Position numbers and translations under genes: made by a program
Origin: Mobula hypostoma
Taxonomy: Eukaryota
DNA length: 64,000 bases
Direction: 5' to 3'
Assembly (NCBI RefSeq): GCF_963921235.1
Contig: NC_086097.1
Span: 105,836,001 to 105,900,000 of the forward strand
Notes under the pieces: model-generated
Databases searched by the model: none
What the model saw: the letters and a program-made list of their open reading frames with translations, nothing else
What the model was told of the DNA's origin: nothing
Shown: in pieces, positions 13,887 through 25,200 of the stretch
Numbering within the stretch: position 1 is the first letter of the stretch
Layout of the letters: each line of letters opens with the position of its first letter

Positions 13887-15347
13887 ATGTTAAGAGTGCT
13901 TAAGGAAGTAGCCCAAGAAATAGTGGATGCATTAGTGATAATTTTTCAAAACTCGTTAGATTCTGGACTAGTTCCTGAGGATTGGAGGGTGGCTAATGTA
14001 ACCCCACTTTTTAAAAAAGGAGGGAGAGAGAAACCGGGGAATTATAGGCCGGTTAGCCTAACGTCAGTGGTGGGGAAACTGCTGGAGTCAGTTATCAAGG
14101 ATGTGATAACAGCACATTTGGAAAGCGGTGAAATGATTGGACAAAGTCAGCATGGATTTGTGAAAGGAAAATCATGTCTGACGAATCTCATAGAATTTTT
14201 TGAGGATGTAACTAGTAGAGTGGATAGGGGAGAACCAGTGGATGTGGTATATTTGGATTTTCAAAAGGCTTTTGACAAGGTCCCACACAGGAGATTAGTG
14301 TGCAAACTTAAAGCACACGGTATTGGGGGTAAGGTATTGGTGTGGGTGGAGAATTGGTTAGCAGACAGGAAGCAAAGAGTGGGAATAAACGGGACCTTTT
14401 CAGAATGGCAGGCGGTGACTAGTGGGGTACCGCAAGGCTCAGTGCTGGGACCCCAGTTGTTTACAATATATATTAATGACTTGGATGAGGGAATTAAATG
14501 CAGCATCTCCAAGTTTGCGGATGACACGAAGCTGGGTGGCAGTGTTAGCAGTGAGGAGGATGCTAAGAGGATGCAGGGTGACTTGGATAGGTTGGGTGAG
14601 TGGGCAAACTCATGGCAGATGCAATTTAATGTGGATAAATGTGAAGTTATCCACTTTGGTGGCAAAAATAGGAAAACAGATTATTATCTGAATGGTGGCC
14701 GATTAGGAAAAGGGGAGGTGCAACGAGACCTGGGTGTCATTATACACCAGTCATTGAAAGTGGGCATGCAGGTACAGCAGGCGGTGAAAAAGGCGAACGG
14801 TATGCTGGCATTTATAGCGAGAGGATTCGAGTACAGGAGCAGGGAGGTACTACTGCAGTTGTACAAGGCCTTGGTGAGACCACACCTGGAGTATTGTGTG
14901 CAGTTTTGGTCTCCTAATCTGAGGAAAGACATCTTTGTCATAGAGGGAGTACAAAGAAGGTTCACCAGATTGATTCCTGGGATGGCAGGTCTTTCATATG
15001 AAGAAAGACTGGATGAACTGGGCTTGTACTCGTTGGAATTTAGAAGATTGAGGGGGGATCTGATTGAAACGTATATGATCCTAAAGGGATTGGACAGGCT
15101 AGATACGGGAAGATTGTTCCCAATGTCGGGGAGGTCCAGAACGAGGGGTCACAGTTTGAGGATAGAGGGGAAGCCTTTTAGGACCGAGATTAGGAAAAAC
15201 TTCTTCACACAGAAAGTGGTGAATCTGTGGAATTCTCTGCCACAGCAAACTGTTGAGGCCAGTTCATTGGCTATGTTTAAGAGGGAGTTAGATATGGCCC
15301 TTGTGGCTACAGGGGTCAGGGGGTATGGAGGGAAGGCTGGGTTCTGA
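13887..15347 (+). CDS. Uninterrupted 486-aa ORF: CR1 ORF2 reverse transcriptase domain and C-terminus, with no endonuclease; the ATG comes from satellite-derived junction sequence
   Basis: Motifs NYRPVSLTSVVGK, QHGF..GKSCLTNL, YLDFQKAFDKVPH, GVPQGSVLGP, FADD, RDLGV and RPHLEYC, with no stop or frameshift. Expression is unknown. Confidence 0.85.
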   Translation: MLRVLKEVAQEIVDALVIIFQNSLDSGLVPEDWRVANVTPLFKKGGREKPGNYRPVSLTSVVGKLLESVIKDVITAHLESGEMIGQSQHGFVKGKSCLTNLIEFFEDVTSRVDRGEPVDVVYLDFQKAFDKVPHRRLVCKLKAHGIGGKVLVWVENWLADRKQRVGINGTFSEWQAVTSGVPQGSVLGPQLFTIYINDLDEGIKCSISKFADDTKLGGSVSSEEDAKRMQGDLDRLGEWANSWQMQFNVDKCEVIHFGGKNRKTDYYLNGGRLGKGEVQRDLGVIIHQSLKVGMQVQQAVKKANGMLAFIARGFEYRSREVLLQLYKALVRPHLEYCVQFWSPNLRKDIFVIEGVQRRFTRLIPGMAGLSYEERLDELGLYSLEFRRLRGDLIETYMILKGLDRLDTGRLFPMSGRSRTRGHSLRIEGKPFRTEIRKNFFTQKVVNLWNSLPQQTVEASSLAMFKRELDMALVATGVRGYGGKAGF

Positions 15348-15456
15348 GTTGGATGATCAGCCATGATCATAATAAATGGCGGTGCAGGCTCGAAGGGCCG
15401 AATGGCCTACTCCTGCACCTATTTTCTATGTTTCTATGTTTCTATGTTTCTATGTT
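13893..15456 (+). mobile_element. CR1-clade non-LTR retrotransposon (HER1-like), 5'-truncated, copy 2
   Basis: Begins in ORF2 just upstream of the RT domain (RVLKEVAQEIVDAL), runs to the native stop at 15347, then a short 3' UTR with a stem-loop and four TTTCTATG tail units merging into satellite. Confidence 0.97.
15381..15419 (+). other. CR1 3' UTR stem-loop (putative RT recognition element)
   Basis: GGTGCAGG (15381-15388) pairs with CCTGCACC (15412-15419), enclosing the inner hairpin GGCC-GAAT-GGCC. Present in all three young copies. A conserved 3' stem-loop before a tandem-repeat tail is established for CR1/L2-type LINEs and their partner SINEs. Confidence 0.8.
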
Positions 15457-18400
15457 TCCATTAGGTTTGCAGTAAGTACTTTGGTGTAAAATTGAAATGT
15501 ATACAACTTTTAATGCCATAGCACTGTCTGCACTGAGATATCAACTTTTTTCTCTTGAAGAGCTGAGTGATATAACAGGTGTCAAACATCTCAGAATCAT
15601 GTGGGGAGTTATATTAAGATGTTTCCATAAGGTTTGCATTCAGTACTTTAGAGTAAAATTGAAATATATACTTTTGATGCCAAAGCACTGTATGCACTGA
15701 GAAATCAACTTTTTTGTCTTGAATACCTAAGTGATATAACAGGTCTCAAACATCTCAGGATCATTTAGGGAATATGTTAAGATGTTTGCATCAGGTTTGC
15801 AGTCAGTGCCTTTGAGTAAAATGGAAATGTATACTTGATTCAATGCCAATGCACTGCATGCACTGAGAAATCAACTTTTTTATCTTGAATACCTGAGTGA
15901 TATAACAGGTGTCAAACAACCCAGGATCATGTGGGGAGTTATGTTAAGATGTTTCCATTAGGTTTGCAGTCAGTACTATTGACTAAAATTGAAATAAATA
16001 CTGAACTTAATAACAAAGCACTGCATGCACTGAGAAAACAACTTCTTTGTCTTGAATAGCAGAGTGATATAACAGGTGTCAAACATCTCAGAATCATGTG
16101 GGGAGTTATATTAAGATGTTTACATAAGGTTTGCAGTCAGTACTTTAGAGTAAAATTGAAATATATACTTCTTTCAATGCCAAAGCACTGCATGCACTGA
16201 GAAATCAACTTTTTTGTCTTGAATATCTGAGTGATATAACAGGTGTCAAACATCTCAGGATCATGTGGAGAAGTTACATTAAGATGTTTCCATAAGGTTT
16301 GCAGTCAGAACCTTTGAGTAAAATTGAAATGTATACTTCTTTCAATGCCAAAGCACTGTATGCACTGAGAAATCAACTTTTTTATCTTGAATACCTGAGT
16401 GATATAACAGGTCTCAAACATCTCAGAATCATGTGGGGAGTTATATTAAGATGTTTCCATAAGGTTTGCATTCAGAACTTTAGAGTAAAATTGAAATATA
16501 TACTTTTAATGCCAAAGCACTGCATGCACTGAGAAATCAACTTTTTTGTCTTGAATAGCTGAGTGATATAACAGGTGTCAAACATCTCAGGATCATGTGG
16601 GAAGTTATGTTAAGATGTTTCCATTAGGTTTGCAGTCAGTACTATTGAGTAAAATTGAAATACATACTTAGCTGAATAACAAAGCACTGCATGCACTGTG
16701 AAATCAACTTTTTTATCTTGAAGAGCAGAGTGATATAACAGGTGTCAAACATCATAGGATCATGTGGGGAGTTATATTAAGATGTTTCCATAAGGTTTGC
16801 AGTCAGTACCTTTGAGTAAAATTGAAATGTATACTTGATTCAATGCCAAAGCACTACATGCACTGAGAAATCAACTTTTTTATCTTGAATACCTGAGTGA
16901 TATAACAGGTGTCAAACATCTCAGGATCATGTGGGGAGTTATGTTAAGATGTTTCCATAAGGTTTGCAGTCAGTACTATTGAGTAAAATTGAAATACATA
17001 CACCTTTTAATGCCAAAGCACTGTCTGCACTGAGATATCAACTTTTTTATCTTGAAGAGCTGAGTGATATAACAGGTGTCAAACATCTCAGAATCATGTG
17101 GGGAATTATATTAAGATGTTTCCATAAGGTTTGCAGTCAGTACCTTTGAGTAAAATTGAAATGTATACTTGATTCAATGCCAATGCACTGCATGCACTGA
17201 GAAATCAACTTTTTTATCTTGAATAGCTGAGTGATATAACAGGTGTCAAACATCTCAGAATCATGTGGGGAGTTATATTAAGATGTTTCCATAATGATTG
17301 CATTCAGTACTATTGAGTAAAATTGAAATACATACTTCTTTTAATGCCAAAGCACTGTATGCACTGAGAAATCAACTTTTTTATCTTGAATAGCAGAGTG
17401 ATATAACAGGTGTCAAACATCTCAGGATCATGTGGGGAGTTATGTTAAGATGTTTCCATAAGGTTTGCAGTCAGTACCTTTGAGTAAAATTGAAATGTAT
17501 GCTTCTTTGAATGCCAAATCACAGTATGCACTGAGAATTCAACTTATTAATCTTGAAGAACTGAGTGATATAACAGGTGTCAAACATCTCAGAATCATGT
17601 GGGGAGTTATATTAAGATGTTTCCATAAGGTTTGCATTCAGTACTTTTGAGTAAAATTGAAATATATACTTCTTTCAATGCCAAAGCACTGTATGCACTG
17701 AGAAATCAACTTTTTTGTCTTGAATAGCTGAGTGATATAACAGGTGTCAAACATCTCAGAATCATGTGGGGAGTTATGTTAAGATGTTTCCATCAGGTTT
17801 GCATTCAGTACTATTGAGTAAAATTGAAATGTATACTTCTTTCAATGCCAAAGCACTGTATGCACTGAGAAATCAACGTTTTTATCTTGAATAGCTAAGT
17901 GATATAGCAGGTGTGAAACATCTCAGAATCATCTGGGGAGTTATGTTAAGATGTTTCCATTAGGTTTGCAGTCAGTACTTTTCAGTAAAATTGAAATACA
18001 TACTTCTTTCAATAAGAAAGCACTGCATGCACTGAGAAATCAACTTTTTTATCTTGAATAGCAGAGTGATATAACAGGTGCCAAACAGCTCACAATCATC
18101 GGGGGAGTTATGTTAATATGTTTCCATCAGGTTTGCTGTCAGTACCTTTCAGTAAAATTGAAATGTATACTTCTTTCAATGCCAAAGCACTGTATGCACT
18201 GAGAAATCAACTTTTTTATCTTGAATAGCTGAGTGATATAACAGGTGTCAAACATCTCAGAATCATGTGGGGAGTTATGTTAAGATGTTTCCATAAGGTT
18301 TGCAGTCAGTACTATTGAGTAAAATTGAAATACATACTTCTTTTAATGCCAAAGCACTGTATGCACTGAGAAATCAACTTTTTTATCTTGAATAGCTAAG

Positions 18401-19126
18401 TGATATAACAGGTGTCAAACATCTCAGAATCATGTGGGGAGTTATGTTAAGATGTTTCCATCAGGTTTGCAGTCAGTACCTTTGAGTAAAATTGAAATGT
18501 ATACTTCTTTCAATGCCAAAGCACTGTATGCACTGAGAAATCAACTTTTTTATCTTGAATAGCTGAGTGATATAACAGGTGTCAAACATCTCAGAATCAT
18601 GTGGGGAGTTATGTTAAGATGTTTCCATCAGGTTTGCAGTCAGTACCTTTGAGTAAAATTGAAATGTATACTTCTTTCAATGCCAAAGCACTGCATGCAC
18701 TGAGAAATCAACTTTTTTATCTTGAATAGCTAAGTGATATAACAGCTGTCAAACATCTCAGAATCATGTGGGGAGTTATGTTAAGATGTTTTCATAAGGT
18801 TTGCATTCAGTACTTTAGAGTAAAATTGAAATATATACTTTTAATGCCAAAGCACTGTAAGCAAAGAGAAATCAACTTTTTTTTATCTTGAATAGCTAAG
18901 TGATATAACAGGTGTCAAACATCTCAGAATCATGTGGGGAGTTATGTTAAGATGTTTCCATCAGGTTTGCATTCAGTACTTTTGAGTAAATTGGAAATGT
19001 ATACTTGATTCAATGCCAATGCATGCATGCACTGAGAAATCAACTTTTTTATCTTGAATACCTGAGTGATATAACAGGTGTCAAACATCTCTGATCATGT
19101 GGGGAGTTATGTTACGATGTTTTATG

Positions 19127-19294
19127 GAAACATAGAAACATAGAAAATAAGTGCAGGATTAGGCCATTCGGCCCTTCGATCCTGCACCGCCATTTATTAT
19201 GATCATGGCTGATCATCCAACTCAGACCGCCGCCCCAGCCTTCCCTCCATACCCCCTGACCCCCGTAGCCAAAAGGGCCATATCTAACTCCCTC
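19127..19294 (-). mobile_element. CR1 copy 3, ~170-bp 3'-terminal fragment of the same family
   Basis: Matches 2174-2332 and the reverse complement of ~15281-15445: last ORF2 codons, 3' UTR stem-loop and tail GAAACATAGAAACATAGAAAA. Confidence 0.95.
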
Positions 19295-22200
19295 ATTAGG
19301 TTTGCAGTCAGTACTATAGAGTAAATTTGAAATGCATACATAGCTTAATAACAAAGCACTGCATGCACTGAGATATCAACTTTTTTATCTTGAATAGCTG
19401 AGTGATACAACAGCTGTAAAACATCTGAGAATCATGTGGGGAGTTATATTAATATGTTTCCTTAAGGTTGGCAGTCAGTACCTTTGAGTAAAATTAAAAT
19501 GTATACTTGATTCAATGCCAAAGCTCTGCATGCACTGAGAATTCAACTTTTAAATCTTGAATACCTGAGTGATATAACAGGTGTCAAAGATCTCAGGATC
19601 ATGTGGGGAGTTATGTTAAGATGTTTCCATTAGGTTTGCAGTCAGTACTATTGAGCAAAATTGAAATACATACTTATCTGAATAAGAAAGCACTGCATGC
19701 ACTGAGAAATCAACTGTTTTATCTTGAATAGCTGAGTGATATACAGGTGTCAAACATCATAGGATCATGTGGGGAGTTATATTAAGATGTTTCCATAAGG
19801 TTTGCAGTCACTAACTTTGAGTAAATTTAAAATACATACACCATTTACACCATAGAAATGTCTGCACTGAGAGATCAACTTCTTTATCTTGAAGAGCTGA
19901 GTGATATAACAGGTGTCAAACATCCTAGAATCATGTGGGGAATTATATTAAGATGTTTCCATAAGGTTTGCAGTCAGGTACTTTTGAGTAAAATTGAAAT
20001 GTATACTTCTTTCAATGCCAAAGCACTGTATGCACTGAGAAATCCACTTTTTTATCTTGAATATCTAAGTGCTATAACAGGTGTCAAACATCCTAGGATC
20101 ATGTGGGGATGTTATATTAAGATGTTTCCATAAGGTTTGCAGTCAGTACCTCAGAGTAAAATTAAAATGTATACTTGGTTGAATGCCAATGCACTGCATG
20201 CACTGAGAAACCAACTCTTTTATCTTGAATAGCATGTCATCTAGCAAGAGAAATCAATGAATACTAAATATAACAGGTGTCAAACATCTCAGAATCATGT
20301 GGGGAGTTATGTTAAGATGTTTCCATCAGCTTTGCAGTCAGTACTTTTGAGTAAAATTGAAAAGTATACTTCCGTGGATGTCAAATCACTGTATGCACTG
20401 AGAAATCAACTTTTTTATCTTGAATAGCTAAGTGATATAACAGGTGTCAAACATCTCAGAATCATCTGGCGAGTGATGTTAAGATGTTTCCATCAGGTTT
20501 GCATTCAGTACTTTAGAGTAAAATTGAAATATATACTTTTAATGCCAAAGCACTGTATGCACTGAGAAATCAACTTTTTTATCTTGAATAGCTAAGTGAT
20601 ATAACAGGTGTCAAACATCTCAGAATCATGTGGGGAGTTATGTTAAGATGTTTCCATCAGGTTTGCAGTCAGTACTTTTGAGTAAAATTGAAATGTATAC
20701 TTCTTTCAATGCCAATGCACTGTATGCACTGAGAAATCAACTTTTTTATCTTGAATAGCTAAGTGATATAACAGGTGTCAAACATCTCAGAATCATGTGG
20801 GGAGTTATGTTAAGATGTTTCCATAAGGTTTGCATTCAGTACTATTGAGTAAAATTGAAATATATACTTTTATGCCAAAGCACTGTATGCACTGAGAAAT
20901 CAACTTTTTTATCTTGAATAGCTAGTGATATAACAGGTGTCAAACATCTCAGAATCATGTGGGGAGTTATGTTAAGATGTTTCCATCAGGTTTGCAGTCA
21001 GTACTTTTGAGTAAAATTGAAATGTACGCTTCTTTCAATGCCAAAGCACTGTATGCACTGAGAAATCAACTTCTTTATCTTGAAGAGCTAAGTGATATAA
21101 CAGGTGTCAAACATCTCAGAATCATGTGGGGAAATATATTAAGATGTTTCCATAAGGTTTGCATTCAGTACTATTGAGTAAAATTGAAATGTACGCTTCT
21201 TTCAATACTAAAGCACTGTATGCACTGAGAAATCAACTTTTTTCATCTTGAAGAGCCTAGTGATATAACAGGTGTCAAACATCTCAGAATCATGTGGGGA
21301 GTGATGTTAATATGTTTGCATCAGGATTGCAGTCAGTACTGTTAAGTAAAATTGAAAAGTATACTTCTTTCAATGCCAATGCACTGTATGCACTGAGAAA
21401 TCAACTTTTTTATCTTGAATAGCTAAGTGATATAACAGGTGTCAAACATCTCAGAATCATGTGGGGAGTTATGTTAAGATGTTTCCATCAGGTTTGCAGT
21501 CAGTACCTATGAGTAAAATTGAAATGTATACTTCTTTCAATGCCAGTGCACTGTATGCACTGAGAAATCAACTTTTTTATCTTGAATAGCTAAGTGATAT
21601 AACAGGTGCCAAACAGCTCAGAATCATGTGGGGAGTTATGTTAAGATGTTTCCATCAGGTTTGCAGTCAGTACCTTTGAGTAAAATTGAAATGTATACTT
21701 CTTTCAATGCCAATGCACTGTATGCACTGAGAAATCAACTTTTTTATCTTGAATAGCAAAGTGATATAACAGGTGTCAAACAGCTCAGAATCATGTGGGG
21801 AGTTATATTAAGATGTTTCCATAAGGATTGCATTCAGTACTATTGAGTAAAATTGAAATACATACTTCTTTTAATGCCAAAGCACTGTATGCACTGAGAA
21901 ATTAACTTTTTTATCTTGAATAGCTAAGTGATATAACAGGTGTCATACATCTCAAAATCATGTGTGGAGTGATGTTAACATGTTTCCTTCCTGTTTTCAT
22001 TCAGTACTTTTGAGTAAAATTGAAAAGTATACTTCTTTTAATGCCAAAGCACTCTATGCACTGAGAAATCAACTTTTTTATCTTGAATAGCTAAGTGATA
22101 TAACAGGTGTCAAACAGCTCAGAATCATGTGGGGAGTTATGTTAAGATGTTTCCATCAGGTTTGCAGTCAGTACCTTTGAGTAAAATTGAAATGTATACT

Positions 22201-25200
22201 TCTTTCAATGCCAAAGCACTGTAAGCACTGAGAAATCTACTTATTTATCTTGAATAGCTGAGTGATGTAACAGGTCTCAAACAACTCAGGCTCATATGGG
22301 GAGTTATGTTAAGATGTTTCCTTCAGGTTTGCATTCAGTACTTTTTAGTAAAATTGAAATGTATACCTGATTCAATGCCAAAGCACTGCATGCAGTGAGA
22401 AATCAACTTTTTTATCTTGAACCCCTGAGTGATATAACAGGTGTCAAACATCTCAGAATCATGTGGGGAATTATATTAAGATGGTTCCATAAGGTTTGCA
22501 TTCAGAAGTGTAGAGTAAAATTGAAATATATACTTTTAATGCCAAAGCACTGTATGCACTGAGAAATCAACTTTTTGTCTTGAATACCTAAGTGATATAA
22601 CAGTTGTCAAACATCTCAGAATCATGTGGGGATTATGTTAAGATGTTTCCATCAGGTTTGCAGTCAGTACCTTTGAGTAAAATTGAAATGTATACTTGAT
22701 TCAATGCCAATGCACTGAATGCACTGAGAAATCAACTTTTTTATCTTGAATACCTGAGTGATATAACAGGTGTCAAACATCTCAGAATCATGTGGGGAGT
22801 TATGTTAAGATGTTTCCATAAGGTTTGCAGTCAGTACTTTGAGTAAAATTGAAATGTATACTTGTTCAATGCCAATGCACTGCATGCACTGAGAAATCAA
22901 CTTTTTTATCTTGAATAGCTGAGTGATATAACAGGTGTCAAACATCTCAGAATCATGTGGGGAGTTATACTAAGATGTTTCCATAAGGTTTGCAGTCAGT
23001 ACTTTGAGTAAAATTGAAATATATACTTCTTTAATGCCAAAGCACTGCATGCACTGAGAAATCAACTTTTTTGTCTTGAATAGCTAAGTGATATAACAGG
23101 TCTTAAACAACTCAGTATCATTTGGGGAGTTACGTTAAGATATTCCCATCAGGTTTGCATTCAGTACTTTTGAGTAAAATTGAAATACATACTTCTTAAT
23201 GCCAAAGCACTGCATGCACTGAGAAATCAACTTTTTTATCTTGAATAGCTAAGTGATATAACAGCTCTCAAACATCTCAGAATCATGTGGGGAGTTATAT
23301 TAAGATGTTTCCATAAGGTTTGCAGTCAGTAGTTTTGAGTAAAATTGAAATGATACTTCTTTCAATGCCAAAGCACTGTATGCACTGAGAAATCAACTTT
23401 TTTATCTTGAATAGCTAAGTGATATAACAGGTGTCAAACATCTCAGAATCATGTGGGGAGTTATGTTAAGATGTTTCCATTAGGTTTGCAGTCAGTAGTT
23501 TTGAGTAAAATTGAAATGTGCAGTCTTTCAATTCCAATGCTCTGTCTGCACTGAGAATTCTACTTTTTTATCTTGAAGAGCTGAGCGATGTAACAGGTGT
23601 CAAACATCTCAGATTAATGTGGGGAGTGATGTTAGGATATTTCCATCAGGTTTGCATTCAGTACTATTGAGTAAAATTGAAATATATTTCTTTTAATGCC
23701 AAAGCACTGTATGCACTGAGAAATCAACTTTTTTATCTTGAATAGCTAAGTGATATAACAGGTGTCAAACATCTCAGAATCATGTGGGGAGTTATGTTAA
23801 GATGTTTCCATTAGGTTTGCAGTCAGTACCTTTGAGTAAAATTGAAATGTATATTTCTTTCAATGCCAATGCACTGTATGCACTGAGAAATCAACTTTTT
23901 TATCTTGAATAGCCAAGTGATATAACAGTTCTCAGACAACTCAGAATCATATGAGGAGTTATAATAAGATGTTTGCCATAAGGTTTGCATCAGTAGTTTA
24001 GAGTAAAATTGAAATATATATTTCCTTTAATGCCAAAGCACTGTATGCACTGAGAAATCAACTTTTTTATCTTGAATACCTAAGTGATATAACAGGTGTC
24101 AAACATCTCAGAATCATGTGGGGAGTTATGTTAAGATGTTTCCATCAGGTTTGCAGTCAGTAGTTTTGAGTAAAATTGAAATGTATATTTCTTTCAATGC
24201 TAATGCACTGATGCGCTAAGAAATAACTTTTTTTATCTTGAATACCTTCGTGATATAACAGGTGTCAAACATCTCAGAATCATGTGGGGAATTATGTTAT
24301 GATGTTTCCATCAGGTTTGCAGTCAGTACCTATGAGTAAAATTGAAAAGTATACTTCTTTCAATGCCAAAACACTGTATGCACTGAGAAATCAACTTTTT
24401 CTCTTGAATACCTAAGTGATATAACAGGTCTCAAACATCTCAGAATCATGTGGGGAGTTATGTTAAGATGTTTCCATCAGGTTTGCAGTCAGTACTTTTG
24501 AGTAAAATTGAAATGCATACTTCTTTCAATGCCATGCACTGTATGCACTGAGAAATCAACTTTTTTATCTTGAATACCTGACTGATATAACAGGTGTCAA
24601 ACATCTCAGGATCATGTGGGGAGTTATGTTAAGATGTTTCCATCAGGTTTGCAGTCAGTAGTTTTGAGTAAAATTGAAATGTATACTTCTTTCAATGCCA
24701 ATGCACTGTATGCACTGAGAAATCAACTTTTTTATCTTGAATAGCTAAGTGATATAACAGGTGTCAAACATCTCAGGATCATGTGGGGAGTTATGTTAAG
24801 ATGTTTCCATAAGGTTTGCAGTCAGTAGCTTTGAGTAAAATTGAAATGTATACTTTTCAATGCCAATGCACTGCATGCACAGAGAAATCAACTTTTTTGT
24901 CTTGAATACCTGAGTGATATAACAGGTGTCAAACATCTCAGGATCATGTGGGGAGTTATGTTAAGATGTTTCCATCAGGTTTGCAGTCAGTACCTTTGAG
25001 TAAAATTGAAATGTATACATCTTTCAATGCCAGTACACTGTATGCATGAGAAATCAACTTTTTTGTCTTGATTATCTGAGTGATATAGCAGGTGTCAAAC
25101 ATCTCAGAATCATGTGGGGAGTTATGTTAAGATGTTTGCATTAGGTTTGCAGTCAGTACTTTTGAGTAAAATTGAAATTTATTCTTGTTTCAATGCCAAA

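Noticed and set aside
2243..15370. Antisense and alternate-frame ORFs over the CR1 copies (e.g. 2946-3281, 14261-14665, 14422-14691, 15149-15370)
   Set aside because: Shadow frames of ORF2; they recur only because the copies are near-identical.
20234..20267. 34-bp non-consensus insert atgtcatctagcaagagaaatcaatgaatactaa
   Set aside because: Made of scrambled monomer fragments (gagaaatcaa, tgaata, ctaa). Most likely a collapsed monomer or consensus artefact; raw reads are needed before interpreting it.
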